This document shows positions 30,039-39,955 of a stretch of DNA of 64,000 nucleotides, piece by piece (the first letter of the stretch is position 1; each line of letters starts with the position of its first letter). A program made the translations under genes and the position numbers. The DNA lies in NCBI GenBank assembly GCA_022711115.1, contig JAKLFP010000001.1, positions 69,183 to 133,182 of the forward strand, in the 5' to 3' direction. This DNA is from Candidatus Omnitrophota bacterium. GTDB lineage: Bacteria; Omnitrophota; Omnitrophia; Omnitrophales; Aquincolibacteriaceae. The notes below the pieces were generated by a model. The model did not search any database and was not told where the DNA came from. It worked only from the letters and a program-made list of their open reading frames with translations.

Positions 30039-31261
30039 GGCCCTTCGTCTTCCGTCAAAACTTCTGCCGTTTCGGTTTTAGACACGAAAGGATCGGTCAG
30101 AATGGACCCTAGCTTGCCAAGACTGTTTTGCACCTGCTTGGGAGTTTCTTTTGCGATAATAAGGGTCCCTTTCCCCAAACCCTTCAGGGAGAAGGTGGCT
30201 TTGGAAATCAAGGCCTTCTGGAATGCCTTGGTAAACGCCGTAAAAAATCCAAATTTCGGATCGTCGATATCTCCCTTGACTTTGATCTCAAGCTCAACGG
30301 TCTTATGAGATTCCAAAAGCAATTTCACGGCATCCAGAGAATATTTAAAAACGGCTTGCGTCACCGTCGGATTCGTCAACTTGAGGGACTTCATCAGAAG
30401 CCGGTGGTCAGAATCTAAATTACCTTCAACGCATGTCATTTTTGAAAAAAGATCAAAGGTTCCTCCGCTTACTTCGCCAGGCAATCCCTCCAACAAAAAG
30501 TCATATTCCATTAAAGCCCCTTCGAGGATTTCGGTTCTGACATCAAAGTTGTCGCCGTCCGCAAACTGACACTTACCTTCCCCGCGAAAAACAGCCGCCG
30601 GGTTCTCACCAAAAGTACCTTCGAGCTTGATGAATTCGTTGAACGTGGGGCTAATGTAATCTGACATGAAATCAAACCCCGTCCAAAAACCTTTAAGCCT
30701 CTTAAAAACGTATCTTTCTTCGGGAGAAACACGCCGGTCATCGATCACGATCGTTCCGTTCTCAAGTTCCAATCGGTCGATCCTCACACGCCAGTTTGGC
30801 TCTCCAACATTATCCGGAGGCGGTTTCGGATGCGGCACTGCGGGCACAGGACTATCCTCATCCAACCCCATGTGATAGTACCAAATCTTGACGTTCGTTC
30901 GCGATCCTTTCGGCGTCATATAACTTTCCACCGCAAAGATGGCTTCCTTGAAATGTGCTAATGTGATCCGCACGAATTTATTCTTCAATAAACTGGGATC
31001 GATGAATATGTCTACCTTTTTGGCCGTAAAATGATCCCTGCGTCGAAAATCCACCGGATTATAAATGACAAATTTTTCCACATGAACATGGCAAGGCCAT
31101 AAACGGATGCGCAATCCCGTAATGGTAATTGGCATGTTAAAAAGCGAGGTGAGTTTTTTCTCAAGAAAAGGCTCCACGGCCATGCCGAGAAGTCGTTCGT
31201 AAAAAAAGTAGAAAAACGTAATAAAAATTAGCAAAAAAACAAGGTTTTTCAACCCTTTCAT
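30035..31261 (-). CDS. Membrane-anchored protein of unknown function, AsmA/DUF748-like
   Basis: A single N-terminal TM helix followed by a ~380-aa beta-rich soluble region. The ATGA overlap with era suggests co-transcription. Confidence 0.45.
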   Translation of the reverse strand: MKGLKNLVFLLIFITFFYFFYERLLGMAVEPFLEKKLTSLFNMPITITGLRIRLWPCHVHVEKFVIYNPVDFRRRDHFTAKKVDIFIDPSLLKNKFVRITLAHFKEAIFAVESYMTPKGSRTNVKIWYYHMGLDEDSPVPAVPHPKPPPDNVGEPNWRVRIDRLELENGTIVIDDRRVSPEERYVFKRLKGFWTGFDFMSDYISPTFNEFIKLEGTFGENPAAVFRGEGKCQFADGDNFDVRTEILEGALMEYDFLLEGLPGEVSGGTFDLFSKMTCVEGNLDSDHRLLMKSLKLTNPTVTQAVFKYSLDAVKLLLESHKTVELEIKVKGDIDDPKFGFFTAFTKAFQKALISKATFSLKGLGKGTLIIAKETPKQVQNSLGKLGSILTDPFVSKTETAEVLTEDEGP

Positions 31262-32220
31262 CTGGGGTTCAAACCCCGATGGAAGATCTCATGGCTGTTG
31301 TAAATAGTCTCTAACCGATCGATATCTTCGCGGTCCAACTCCGCTTCCAAAGAAGCACTTACATTTTCAAGCACCTGAGTTCTTGTTTTTGCTCCCGGAA
31401 TGATGGTGGAGACGGCATCGAATCCGAGCAAATATTCCAAAGCTGCCTTCACCAGCGATATTCTTTTCCCTTTCAATGTTTGCTTAAAAATCTGCACTTT
31501 TTCCCAGTCCGCTTGCCGCTTGACAGGCATCCATCGGGAACGATGATCATCTTTCGGGAAAATGTGGTCCGGCACGTATCTCCCGCTCAAAATTCCCGAA
31601 GCGAGCGGTTCCCTTGCAATCACTCCGACATCTTTTTTTTCGGCTTCCGGAAAAACCCTTTCTTTCATGCGCTGGTCCAGAAAATTAAAAATAAGCTGGA
31701 TCGCCTCAACCCGATGGTCTTGTAAAGCGGCAAACGCTTCTACTTCGGTATGCACAGAGATCCCGATACGCCGAATCTTCCCCTGCTTCTTTAAACCTTC
31801 AAGAACTCCGAAGATCTCTTTTCGCTGAATCAATTCGAGCGAAGGGTTATGAAGCTGATAAAGATCAATGGACTCCATCCTGAGCCGTTTGAGACTTTTT
31901 TCACACGCAGACCGGATATATTCCGGATCAAAATTTTTTTTATGCGCCCCCTGGGTAAAATCCCAGCCCACTTTCGTAGCAATGATGGCCAGGTCACGGC
32001 GCTTGTCTTTCAGAAACTGCCCAAGAAGTTCTTCGCTGTGACCTTCGCCGTAGACATCCGCTGTATCAAAGAAATTGACCCCGGACTCCCAGGCTGTTTC
32101 CAAAGCCCTGAGCGAATCTCCATCCGAAACCTTGCCATAACTTTGTCCGCCAATAGGCCAACATCCGAAACCGATTTCGGAAACACGAAATTTTGTCTTG
32201 CCAAGAAGGCGCTCTTTCAT
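31258..32220 (-). CDS. Aldo/keto reductase
   Basis: GFGCW, the catalytic tetrad context, and the AKR fold throughout. Confidence 0.85.
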   Translation of the reverse strand: MKERLLGKTKFRVSEIGFGCWPIGGQSYGKVSDGDSLRALETAWESGVNFFDTADVYGEGHSEELLGQFLKDKRRDLAIIATKVGWDFTQGAHKKNFDPEYIRSACEKSLKRLRMESIDLYQLHNPSLELIQRKEIFGVLEGLKKQGKIRRIGISVHTEVEAFAALQDHRVEAIQLIFNFLDQRMKERVFPEAEKKDVGVIAREPLASGILSGRYVPDHIFPKDDHRSRWMPVKRQADWEKVQIFKQTLKGKRISLVKAALEYLLGFDAVSTIIPGAKTRTQVLENVSASLEAELDREDIDRLETIYNSHEIFHRGLNPR

Positions 32221-32319
32221 GCGAAAGCCAATCGTATTAAGGTTGGTTGTTCCAAATGGAAAGTAAAGTCATCCCGACTGCCATTCCTTGCGGTCATAAA
32301 AGTCGGATAAATGATCCAC

Positions 32320-32652
32320 CTATTTCGGGAAAAGCTCGTCGATGACCTTCTGGATCTTTTCCTGAGCCTGATAACCGACAAGTTGCTTTGCGACTTCACC
32401 GCTTTTAAAAAAAATGATCGTCGGGATACCTTGAATGCCGTATTTTTGCGGAACATTAGGATTTTCATCCACATTCATTTTTCCGACTACAATTCTATCC
32501 GCATTCGCTTCCGCAATCCGTTCAACCACCGGACCCAACATGCGGCAGGGACCGCACCATTCGGCCCAAAAATCAACCAAAACAGGCTTGGGGGATTGAA
32601 GCACTTCAGTCTGAAAATTTGCATCTGTAATGGTTTTTTCTTTACTCATCAT
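32320..32652 (-). CDS. trxA: Thioredoxin
   Basis: WCGPC active site in a 110-aa protein. Confidence 0.9.
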   Translation of the reverse strand: MMSKEKTITDANFQTEVLQSPKPVLVDFWAEWCGPCRMLGPVVERIAEANADRIVVGKMNVDENPNVPQKYGIQGIPTIIFFKSGEVAKQLVGYQAQEKIQKVIDELFPK

Positions 32653-32768
32653 GGGCTCCTTTGATCAAAAAGCAGTGAGAAATTTCAAAAATATTTTGTA
32701 ATATACACCCAACCCTATTGTATGTCCAGGCGAGGAGATTCCAAAAACCCAACAATATCCCGACCCGG

Positions 32769-33137
32769 TCAATCTTCCCCCAAAATCTCAGCGAGAGATT
32801 GAAACACTTGATCCACAAAAGGCTTTTGAACAATCTTAGTCGCCCCGACTTTTTTGGCATTAGTTTCCAACGCTGAATCCTGTGACGCCGTGAAAAAGAC
32901 CACAGGAATGTGAGCCGTTTCCTGAGCGGCCTTCAACTGGCGGCAAGTGTCGTACCCGTTCATTTCCGGCATGATCACATCCAACAAAATAAGATCCGGT
33001 TTCCAGTCTTTGGCCTTTTGAAGAGCCTCTTTGCCGTCAAACGCCGTCTCAACAATAAATCCTCGCGAGGCAAGACGCTTCTGCATCAAGGCAACCACCA
33101 TGGGTTCATCATCCACAAAAAGAATTTTTTTAGACAT
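32769..33137 (-). CDS. Single-domain response regulator (CheY-like receiver)
   Basis: DDE, D(LLDVIMP), T and K conserved receiver positions. 122 aa with no output domain. Confidence 0.8.
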   Translation of the reverse strand: MSKKILFVDDEPMVVALMQKRLASRGFIVETAFDGKEALQKAKDWKPDLILLDVIMPEMNGYDTCRQLKAAQETAHIPVVFFTASQDSALETNAKKVGATKIVQKPFVDQVFQSLAEILGED

Positions 33138-33325
33138 GCTTTAACCCCTCTTAAAAAAGTTGGCCGATATCTTCTCGTCTGCCCACAAGCCCGTTATGTT
33201 GTTAAGTCTCTACCGATAAGTTCTTCATCCTAAGATTCGAAGTATTCCTTCGCTCATGGGGAAGGTTATTACTATCAGATTTCGGAATACTTAGCTATAA
33301 ACTTTAAACTTATTCCCCACGGCGG

Positions 33326-33487
33326 GCAAGCCAATTTTCTATCAACCCTTAAAGGGTCATTGGACTAGCCCTGGCAACCTTTTATCAAAAAATAATAGAT
33401 GCCAGGGCAAGCCAATTTTCTATCAACCCTTAAAGGGTCATTGGGCTAGCCCTGGCAACCTTTTATCAAAAAATAATAGATGCCAGA
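33326..33487. repeat. Two tandem copies of an 81-bp repeat unit (family-2 dispersed repeat), each with a 9-bp inverted repeat GCCCTGGCA / TGCCAGGGC
   Basis: Unit 1 is 33326-33406 and unit 2 is 33407-33487, differing at 2 positions. The 3' arm of the second copy is degraded where it abuts the nth stop codon. Confidence 0.85.
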
Positions 33488-34138
33488 TCAAGTTTTACTT
33501 CTTCCGTAAGGACAAAACTTCAGAATTTCACAGTGCAGACAATCCGGCCTTCGCGCAAAACAACGTACACGACCATGATGAATAATCAGACTGGAGTAGG
33601 CTGTCCAATCCTTATGCGGCACCAGTGCCATGAGATCAAATTCGATTTTGACGGGATCTGTGTGTTGTGTCAGTCCCAACAACCGATTGATGCGCATCAT
33701 ATGGGTATCCACGGAGATCCCAGGAATGCCAAAGGCATTCCCAAGAATCACATTGGCGGTCTTGCGCCCAACTCCAGGTAACGTCACCAAATCCTCCATC
33801 CGGGCAGGAACCTTACCGCCGAAACGGTCCAAAACCTCCCTGGCCGATGCGAGAATATTTTTTGTTTTATTTTTATAAAAGCCGGTACTGCGAATATCTT
33901 TTTCAAAATCTTTCGGAACCGCATCCGCCACAGAGCGGATATCCGGATATTTTTTAAAGAGAACAGGCGTGACCTTATTCACCATCTTGTCCGTACACTG
34001 CGCCGAAAGGATGGTCGCAACCAAAAGTTCCCAAGGATTCGAGAAATGAATCGCACACCGTAATCCTGGATAGGCCTTTCGCAGGAATCGGAGCATGGCC
34101 AAAACGCGTTTTCTTTTCGAACAAACGGTTTCCTTCAT
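33488..34138 (-). CDS. nth: Endonuclease III
   Basis: HhH-GPD fold, catalytic Lys and Asp context, and a C-terminal 4Cys [4Fe-4S] motif (CxxxxxxCxxCxxxxxC). The start was placed at MKETV and the track TTG start at 34213 was rejected. Confidence 0.85.
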   Translation of the reverse strand: MKETVCSKRKRVLAMLRFLRKAYPGLRCAIHFSNPWELLVATILSAQCTDKMVNKVTPVLFKKYPDIRSVADAVPKDFEKDIRSTGFYKNKTKNILASAREVLDRFGGKVPARMEDLVTLPGVGRKTANVILGNAFGIPGISVDTHMMRINRLLGLTQHTDPVKIEFDLMALVPHKDWTAYSSLIIHHGRVRCFARRPDCLHCEILKFCPYGRSKT

Positions 34139-34360
34139 AGGCTTTATTATAACAGTCTTGTTTTTACAGCTGAAGCATGAAACAACCTTTCGAAAAACAC
34201 CAGCTCCTGACAAATTCGAAACAGACGGTAAACAAAAACAGCTCGGGGTATTTTCTAAAAAAAATAAACTCGGAAAACCCCGAGGAGTTCATTGTAAGCC
34301 AAGGCACTTTTCGATATACTTTCATCACATTTATGGATTTTTTCAAAGGAGGATTGATCT

Positions 34361-35398
34361 ATGATTAAAATGCGGGCTGTTATCTTTAAGAAACACGGCG
34401 AGACCAAAGAGCTTGAAGAAGCTTATGTCCCGATTCCTGATCTCGGAAAACGTGATGTGCTGGTGAAGGTCAGGGCATGCGCCCTCAACCATTTGGACCT
34501 TTGGACACTTGCGGGAATGCCGGGCGCCAAAATTACTATGCCTCATATTCTCGGCTCTGATGTTGCCGGTGAAGTGGTCGAAAAAGGGAAAAAAGTTCAC
34601 GGTATTCCTCTGTACAAGCCTGTGATCGTTGCGCCAGGCATCTCTTGCGGAAAATGCGACTATTGCAAATCGGGGTGGGACAGCCTTTGTCGTCAATATC
34701 GCATTCTCGGTTTTCAGGAAAACGGCGGCTATGCCGAATATGTCAAAGTTCCGGCAAGGAATATCATTCCTGTCACGAAGCAACTAAGCATGGAAGCATG
34801 GGCCTCTATCCCACTGACTTTCTTGACAGCCTGGCATATGCTCGTCAAACGCGCCGCCATCCAGAAAAAAAATTCTGTGTTGGTTCACGGGGCGGGAAGC
34901 GGGGTCGGCAGCGCGGCGATCCAGATCGCGAAACTTTTTAAAGCCCGCGTGCTGGCCACGGTGGGGCGACAGGAAAAAGTCAAATGCGCCAAAGCCCTCG
35001 GTGCGGACGAAGTGATCAACTATACGGAAAAGGATTTTGTGACCGAAGTTTTGCGCTTTACAAAAGCGGAAGGTGTCGACATTGTTTTTGACCATCTTGG
35101 CGGCGAAACTTTTACGAAAAGCATCCACTGCCTTAAGAAAAAAGGACGCCTCGTCACCTGCGGGGTCACCACCGGCCGGAGCGTTAATTTAGATCTCCGT
35201 TATGTCTACAGCCGGCAGCTTTCCATTGTGGGCTCTTACATGGGCGGCATTCATGAACTTGAACGGATTGTCCGCCGCGTCAGGGCAGGCAAACTTCACC
35301 CTGTCGTCGACAAGGTGTTTCCGCTCCGGGAGGCGCGCCAAGCACTGAATCGAATGATCGCGCGCGACCATTTTGGAAAAATCATTTTAAAACCTTAA
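34361..35398 (+). CDS. Zinc-type alcohol dehydrogenase / quinone oxidoreductase (MDR superfamily)
   Basis: GroES-like N-terminal domain and a Rossmann VHGAGSGVGSAAIQ motif. Confidence 0.8.
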   Translation: MIKMRAVIFKKHGETKELEEAYVPIPDLGKRDVLVKVRACALNHLDLWTLAGMPGAKITMPHILGSDVAGEVVEKGKKVHGIPLYKPVIVAPGISCGKCDYCKSGWDSLCRQYRILGFQENGGYAEYVKVPARNIIPVTKQLSMEAWASIPLTFLTAWHMLVKRAAIQKKNSVLVHGAGSGVGSAAIQIAKLFKARVLATVGRQEKVKCAKALGADEVINYTEKDFVTEVLRFTKAEGVDIVFDHLGGETFTKSIHCLKKKGRLVTCGVTTGRSVNLDLRYVYSRQLSIVGSYMGGIHELERIVRRVRAGKLHPVVDKVFPLREARQALNRMIARDHFGKIILKP

Positions 35399-35474
35399 AG
35401 ACAGGATAGCGGATGACGAAGGAAGGAGAACAAAAAACCAAAGGATTGACGTTATTCGTCATCCTACATCCTTC

Positions 35475-36374
35475 ATGCTGCCTTTCATGAAACGTTCAAA
35501 ACTTTATCTCTCGGGAATCCGGCTCATGTCACTCAGCGCCGTTTGTTTTTCGCTAATGGCGCTTTGCGTAAAATGGGTCACGCGGGATCTTCCTCCTTTT
35601 GAAATCGTATTTTTCCGGAGTTTTTTCGGGCTTCTATGGGTCCTCCCCCTTATTTTTTGCAGTAAAACTTCGCTTTGGGGTGTCGAACACGGAAAACTGA
35701 TCGCCCGCGGCATCAGCGGATGTCTGGCTCTTCTCTTGCATTTTTATACCATTGCAAAACTCGAACTCGGCACGGCCATTATGCTTAACTACACAGCCCC
35801 GATCTTTGCAGTAATCTTTGCGGTTTGTTTTCTGCATGAGCGACCGAGCCTTTCTCTCTACGGATTGATCTTTCTCTCGTTCGTGGGAGTGATCTTGCTT
35901 AATGCTAACTATAACGTTTCCTGGAAACCGGAGGTCTGGCTGGCATTGCTTTCCTCGGTTTTTGCCGCGATCGCTTATGTTTCGATCCGGACGATTCGAC
36001 AACGTGAATCGCCGCTTACGGTCATTTTTTATTTCACGCTGATTTCGACGATCGGTTCGCTTTTTTTTATCAAAAACTGGAAATGGCCAAACATGTCTGG
36101 GTGGATCTGGATTGCAGGAGTCGTGATCTTCTCTTTTTACGGACAGTTATGGATGACTACCGCCTACCGTCGAGCACCAACCTACATGGTAACGCCTTTT
36201 CAGTACCTTCACCCTGTCTTGTCTTTCGGCTACGGCTGGCTTTTATGGGGAGACAAGATCACCTGGCAAATCGCCATTGGTGTTTTTTTGATCGTATTAA
36301 GCGGTTCGCTCATTTCTTACTTTGAGACAAAACAAAAAAAACATTTATCTGTCCCTGCGACTCCTCATAACTAA
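35475..36374 (+). CDS. EamA/DMT-family transporter
   Basis: Ten TM helices in two EamA repeats. Confidence 0.75.
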   Translation: MLPFMKRSKLYLSGIRLMSLSAVCFSLMALCVKWVTRDLPPFEIVFFRSFFGLLWVLPLIFCSKTSLWGVEHGKLIARGISGCLALLLHFYTIAKLELGTAIMLNYTAPIFAVIFAVCFLHERPSLSLYGLIFLSFVGVILLNANYNVSWKPEVWLALLSSVFAAIAYVSIRTIRQRESPLTVIFYFTLISTIGSLFFIKNWKWPNMSGWIWIAGVVIFSFYGQLWMTTAYRRAPTYMVTPFQYLHPVLSFGYGWLLWGDKITWQIAIGVFLIVLSGSLISYFETKQKKHLSVPATPHN

Positions 36375-37213
36375 GCTTGCTGCTGAGGGCCGGGAAGCCA
36401 TCCATCGTCAGACTCTTGATCCGTGATCTTGAAGGCAAAGTACATATACGCCAAATTCATCAAAACACCGGCCCACCAAGGCCAGGGAAAGCGGTGGAAG
36501 ACCGGAAGCCTCATGATCCCCATGACAAACCAAGATGCTGTCATGGCAAAACAAGTAAGATTAAAAATGGCGCCGTAATTAAGTTTATTCATCCGGCCAA
36601 GATTCAAGAGAAGCCCTACCAGCGAATAAAATAAATTATTGACGATGTTAAAAATGAAAAGAGTGATCAGTATCACCATCGGCACAATAAAGAAAATGGC
36701 CCCTTTGATATTCTGGAAAAGTTTTTCAACAAGCTCTTTGGTGATCCGGACTTTGGCCGGCAATTGCTGTTTTGATTGAATGCCCGCTTGAGTAATGTCG
36801 CGGGCTTCAAGACGTCCCGGTTCTTTTTTGACAAAGACCTGTGTTTTTGTCACAAAAATAAATGCCTTTCCCATATCCTGCTCTGTCACACCAGTTTTTG
36901 TCATATCAAATATCGCGACCGGTCCGTAATTCGGATATTCCATAACATAATTTGTCTGACCGTTCTCAAGATTGAGTCCTTCGGGCGTCCAGATCATCAC
37001 TGGCATATTCGTCTTACCCCAATCCAGCAATTCATTTGCTTTGGGCATGAGCACCACAAACACAAAAACCATGATCACCACAACCGTGATGCAAGTGATA
37101 TAAAGTGTATAAAGCACTCCCCTCCCGCCCGATGATTTTGAGGCATCATGGTAAACCACGGGATGAAAAAGAGCCGTGACGGGGGCCAGCCAAAAAGAAA
37201 AAAGATTATTCAT
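36371..37213 (-). CDS. Polytopic membrane protein of unknown function
   Basis: Hydrophobic N- and C-terminal segments with a ~120-aa soluble insert. Overlaps greA by 8 nt. Confidence 0.4.
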   Translation of the reverse strand: MNNLFSFWLAPVTALFHPVVYHDASKSSGGRGVLYTLYITCITVVVIMVFVFVVLMPKANELLDWGKTNMPVMIWTPEGLNLENGQTNYVMEYPNYGPVAIFDMTKTGVTEQDMGKAFIFVTKTQVFVKKEPGRLEARDITQAGIQSKQQLPAKVRITKELVEKLFQNIKGAIFFIVPMVILITLFIFNIVNNLFYSLVGLLLNLGRMNKLNYGAIFNLTCFAMTASWFVMGIMRLPVFHRFPWPWWAGVLMNLAYMYFAFKITDQESDDGWLPGPQQQA

Positions 37214-37688
37214 ATTTGATCTCCATAATTTTTAGTTTAATGGTTCCTGCCGGGACCGGGATCAAGGCTTCTTCATGAACAGATTTTCCCAAAAGACCTC
37301 TTCCGATCGGGGACGTGATCGAGATCTTGCCCTCATCAAAATTGGCTTCGTCCTGTGCGACCAGCGTGTAGACAAAAATATCTTGCGTTACAAGATTCTG
37401 CACCTTGACCGTCGCGCTCAGATAGGCCTTGTCCTGGGCGATCTCACTTTTGTGCAAGATCCGAGCATTCCCGAGTTTATGCTCAAGTTCCGCGATCCGA
37501 ATCTCCAGCTGGTGTTTTGTTTCCTTAGCGGTCTCATAATCCGCATTCTCGCTGAGATCCCCATGCGCCCGCGCCTTTTCAAGCTGGTCCGCGACTTCAC
37601 GGCGTTTTTTGGTCTTAAGAAAATTGAGTTCCTCAGATAATTTTTCGTAACCCTGCTGCGTCAAAATAATTTTCTCTGCCATTTTCAA
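37206..37688 (-). CDS. greA: Transcription elongation factor GreA
   Basis: N-terminal coiled-coil with the acidic DxxENxxY tip motif and a C-terminal FKBP-like domain. The ATG overlaps the stop of the upstream radical-SAM gene (ATGA). Confidence 0.85.
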   Translation of the reverse strand: MKMAEKIILTQQGYEKLSEELNFLKTKKRREVADQLEKARAHGDLSENADYETAKETKHQLEIRIAELEHKLGNARILHKSEIAQDKAYLSATVKVQNLVTQDIFVYTLVAQDEANFDEGKISITSPIGRGLLGKSVHEEALIPVPAGTIKLKIMEIKYE

Positions 37689-38785
37689 TAAACTCCTTTA
37701 ATTTCCTGTATTTGATAAGAACTGTTCACAAGGCAAGATTCAAACCCTGCATCCTTAATCAGCCGGACTAGATCGTCAGCGCTCAAATCCCGTGGCGAAC
37801 GACTGCCCGCTTCATGCATCACACGTTCGTCTAAATGGGTTCCGCCCATATCATCCGCCCCGAACGAAAGTGCCACCTGTGCGAATTTCAGATCCGTTGC
37901 TGCCCAGTGCACTTTGATATGTGGGATATTATCCAAAAGAAGCCTGGAAATGGAAAGTATTTTCAGATCCAAAAAACCGCTTGCCTCATGGATATCTTTG
38001 ATGGCATTTTTCCCGGGATGATACGCCAACGGCACGAAAGAAAAAAAACCGTGCGTTTCGTCCTGAAGCTCTCTTAATTTCAAAAGATGCTCAACGCGTT
38101 GCGCATCACTTTCAAGATGCCCGTAAAGCATGGTCGCGTTCGTCTGGAGACCAAGCCGGTGCGCGGTCCTATGAACGGCGATCCATTCTTCACCGGATAT
38201 TTTTTGGGGACAAAGTTTCCGCCGAACTTCAGGATCAAAAATCTCCGCCCCTCCTCCTGGAAGACCGTCAAGCCCTTTAGACTTCAGTTGTCGCAGCACC
38301 TCTTCCACGGATAAACCGGCACGCTTGGCTATATCGTGAATCTCCGTTGCGCTGAATGCCTTGATGTAAATTGCAGGACCTATCCCGCGTATCCTCTGGA
38401 TCATTTCAAGATAATAATCAAACCCCAGATCCGGATGATGCCCTCCCACGATATGAACCTCATTAATATGCCAGCGATCCACAGCTTCGCGCACAGTGTG
38501 TTCTACCTCATCAAGTGTGAGCGCATAGGCGTCCGAAGCTCCGGCATCGCGTGAAAAAGCGCAGAAGTCACATTGTGTGGAACAAATATTCGTATGATTA
38601 AGGTGGAGATTGACGGAATAAAAAACCCGCCGGCCGTGCAATCTCTCACGTACACTTTGTGCCATTTTTCCCAAAGTCAGGATGTCCGTGTTTTGAAAAA
38701 GCCGCAGGCCGTCTTCAAAAGAAAGGCGTTGCTGCGTTTGAACTTTTTGGGAAATATTCTGAAGGGACCGGAGATTTTGCTTCAT
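37685..38785 (-). CDS. Radical SAM enzyme of the MqnC/MqnE/CofH family (futalosine-pathway menaquinone biosynthesis-like)
   Basis: CxxxCxFCAF cluster (NICSTQCDFCAFSR) and GADDMGGT, FSFVPLAYHPG motifs typical of MqnC/MqnE. Confidence 0.7.
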   Translation of the reverse strand: MKQNLRSLQNISQKVQTQQRLSFEDGLRLFQNTDILTLGKMAQSVRERLHGRRVFYSVNLHLNHTNICSTQCDFCAFSRDAGASDAYALTLDEVEHTVREAVDRWHINEVHIVGGHHPDLGFDYYLEMIQRIRGIGPAIYIKAFSATEIHDIAKRAGLSVEEVLRQLKSKGLDGLPGGGAEIFDPEVRRKLCPQKISGEEWIAVHRTAHRLGLQTNATMLYGHLESDAQRVEHLLKLRELQDETHGFFSFVPLAYHPGKNAIKDIHEASGFLDLKILSISRLLLDNIPHIKVHWAATDLKFAQVALSFGADDMGGTHLDERVMHEAGSRSPRDLSADDLVRLIKDAGFESCLVNSSYQIQEIKGVY

Positions 38786-38793
38786 GGAAAAAC

Positions 38794-39870
38794 CTAGGCT
38801 TTTTTCTTGCGACGTTTTTCGATTTCTTTAAAAAGCTCGTCCACAAGTTGATGTTCAGCAACTACGCGTTCCTGCTTGCCGTCCACATAAATCATTCCTT
38901 TTTGTTTTCCGCCCGTGATCGCAAAATCGGAACCCTGCGCTTCGCCCGGTCCGTTAACCGCACATCCCATCACCGCAATCGTCAGAGGACCTTCCAGTTT
39001 CATGGCCCGCGTCTCTACTTCTTCGGCGAGTTTTGCGGCATCAATTTCCGAACGGCCGCAGGTCGGGCAAGAGATCACTCGAACTCCTTGCTTCAAATCA
39101 AGCGATTCGAGGATCATCTTCGCGACTTTGACTTCTTCCACCGGATCCGCAGTCAGGGAAACACGGATCGTATCGCCGATTCCTTCTTGAAGTAATGTGC
39201 CGACACCGATGGCATTGTAGACACTCCCTCGTAAAAGGGTTCCGGCTTCGGTAACGCCGAGGTGCAACGGGTAATCGAACTGCTGGCTGGCCAACCGGTA
39301 GGCCTGGATCATGGTCGGCACATCAGTCGCTTTCAGGGAAATGACTATATCGTGGAAATCCAGATCCTCCAGGATTTTTAGGTGACGACTCGCACTTTCA
39401 ACGAGCGCCTTCGGTGTCGGTCCGAATTTTTCCATCAAATCTTTTTCGAGCGATCCTGCGTTGACGCCGATACGGATCGGGATGTGATGACGCTTGGCTT
39501 TTTCCACCACTTCAATCACGCGTTCTTTTTCGCCGATGTTTCCGGGATTCAGCCGAAGTTTGTCCACGCCTTCGTCGATCGCCATCAAAGCAAGCCGGTA
39601 ATTAAAGTGAATGTCCGCCACAAGCGGGATAGAAATCTTTGCCTTGATCTTACCGAGCGCTTTCACATCTTCTTCTCCGGGACACGCAACGCGGACGATT
39701 TCGCAACCTGCTTCAACCAGACGGTCAATCTGTTGGAGCGTGGCTTTGACATCCCGCGTCGAAACTTTGGTCATGGATTGAATGCGGATGGGTTGGCCGC
39801 CTCCGAGGATGAGCTTGCCCACCTTCACTGCGCGCGTTTTCTTCCTTGGAATGTTTGTTTTTTGTTTCAT
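38794..39870 (-). CDS. ispG: 4-hydroxy-3-methylbut-2-en-1-yl diphosphate synthase
   Basis: GcpE fold with a C-terminal CPTCGR ... C ... [4Fe-4S] motif. Confidence 0.9.
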   Translation of the reverse strand: MKQKTNIPRKKTRAVKVGKLILGGGQPIRIQSMTKVSTRDVKATLQQIDRLVEAGCEIVRVACPGEEDVKALGKIKAKISIPLVADIHFNYRLALMAIDEGVDKLRLNPGNIGEKERVIEVVEKAKRHHIPIRIGVNAGSLEKDLMEKFGPTPKALVESASRHLKILEDLDFHDIVISLKATDVPTMIQAYRLASQQFDYPLHLGVTEAGTLLRGSVYNAIGVGTLLQEGIGDTIRVSLTADPVEEVKVAKMILESLDLKQGVRVISCPTCGRSEIDAAKLAEEVETRAMKLEGPLTIAVMGCAVNGPGEAQGSDFAITGGKQKGMIYVDGKQERVVAEHQLVDELFKEIEKRRKKKA

Positions 39871-39920
39871 ATTTTCTTAGCAGTCTTTTCCAATTTACCC
39901 TGGCATCCATCTTTTTAAAA

Positions 39921-39955
39921 CGAAAGGTTGCCAGACTAGTCCAATGAACCCTTAT
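39921..39955. repeat. Truncated, inverted copy of the family-2 repeat (5' half only)
   Basis: The reverse complement matches AAGGGTCATTGGACTAGCCCTGGCAACCTTT at about 28 of 33 positions. It spans the thiC stop codon. Confidence 0.6.

Noticed and set aside
33326-33487. A tandem direct repeat, which could have been a CRISPR array.
   Set aside because: There are only two copies. The 81-bp units are directly adjacent with no unique spacers, there are no cas genes in the window, and the unit is internally palindromic in a REP-like way.
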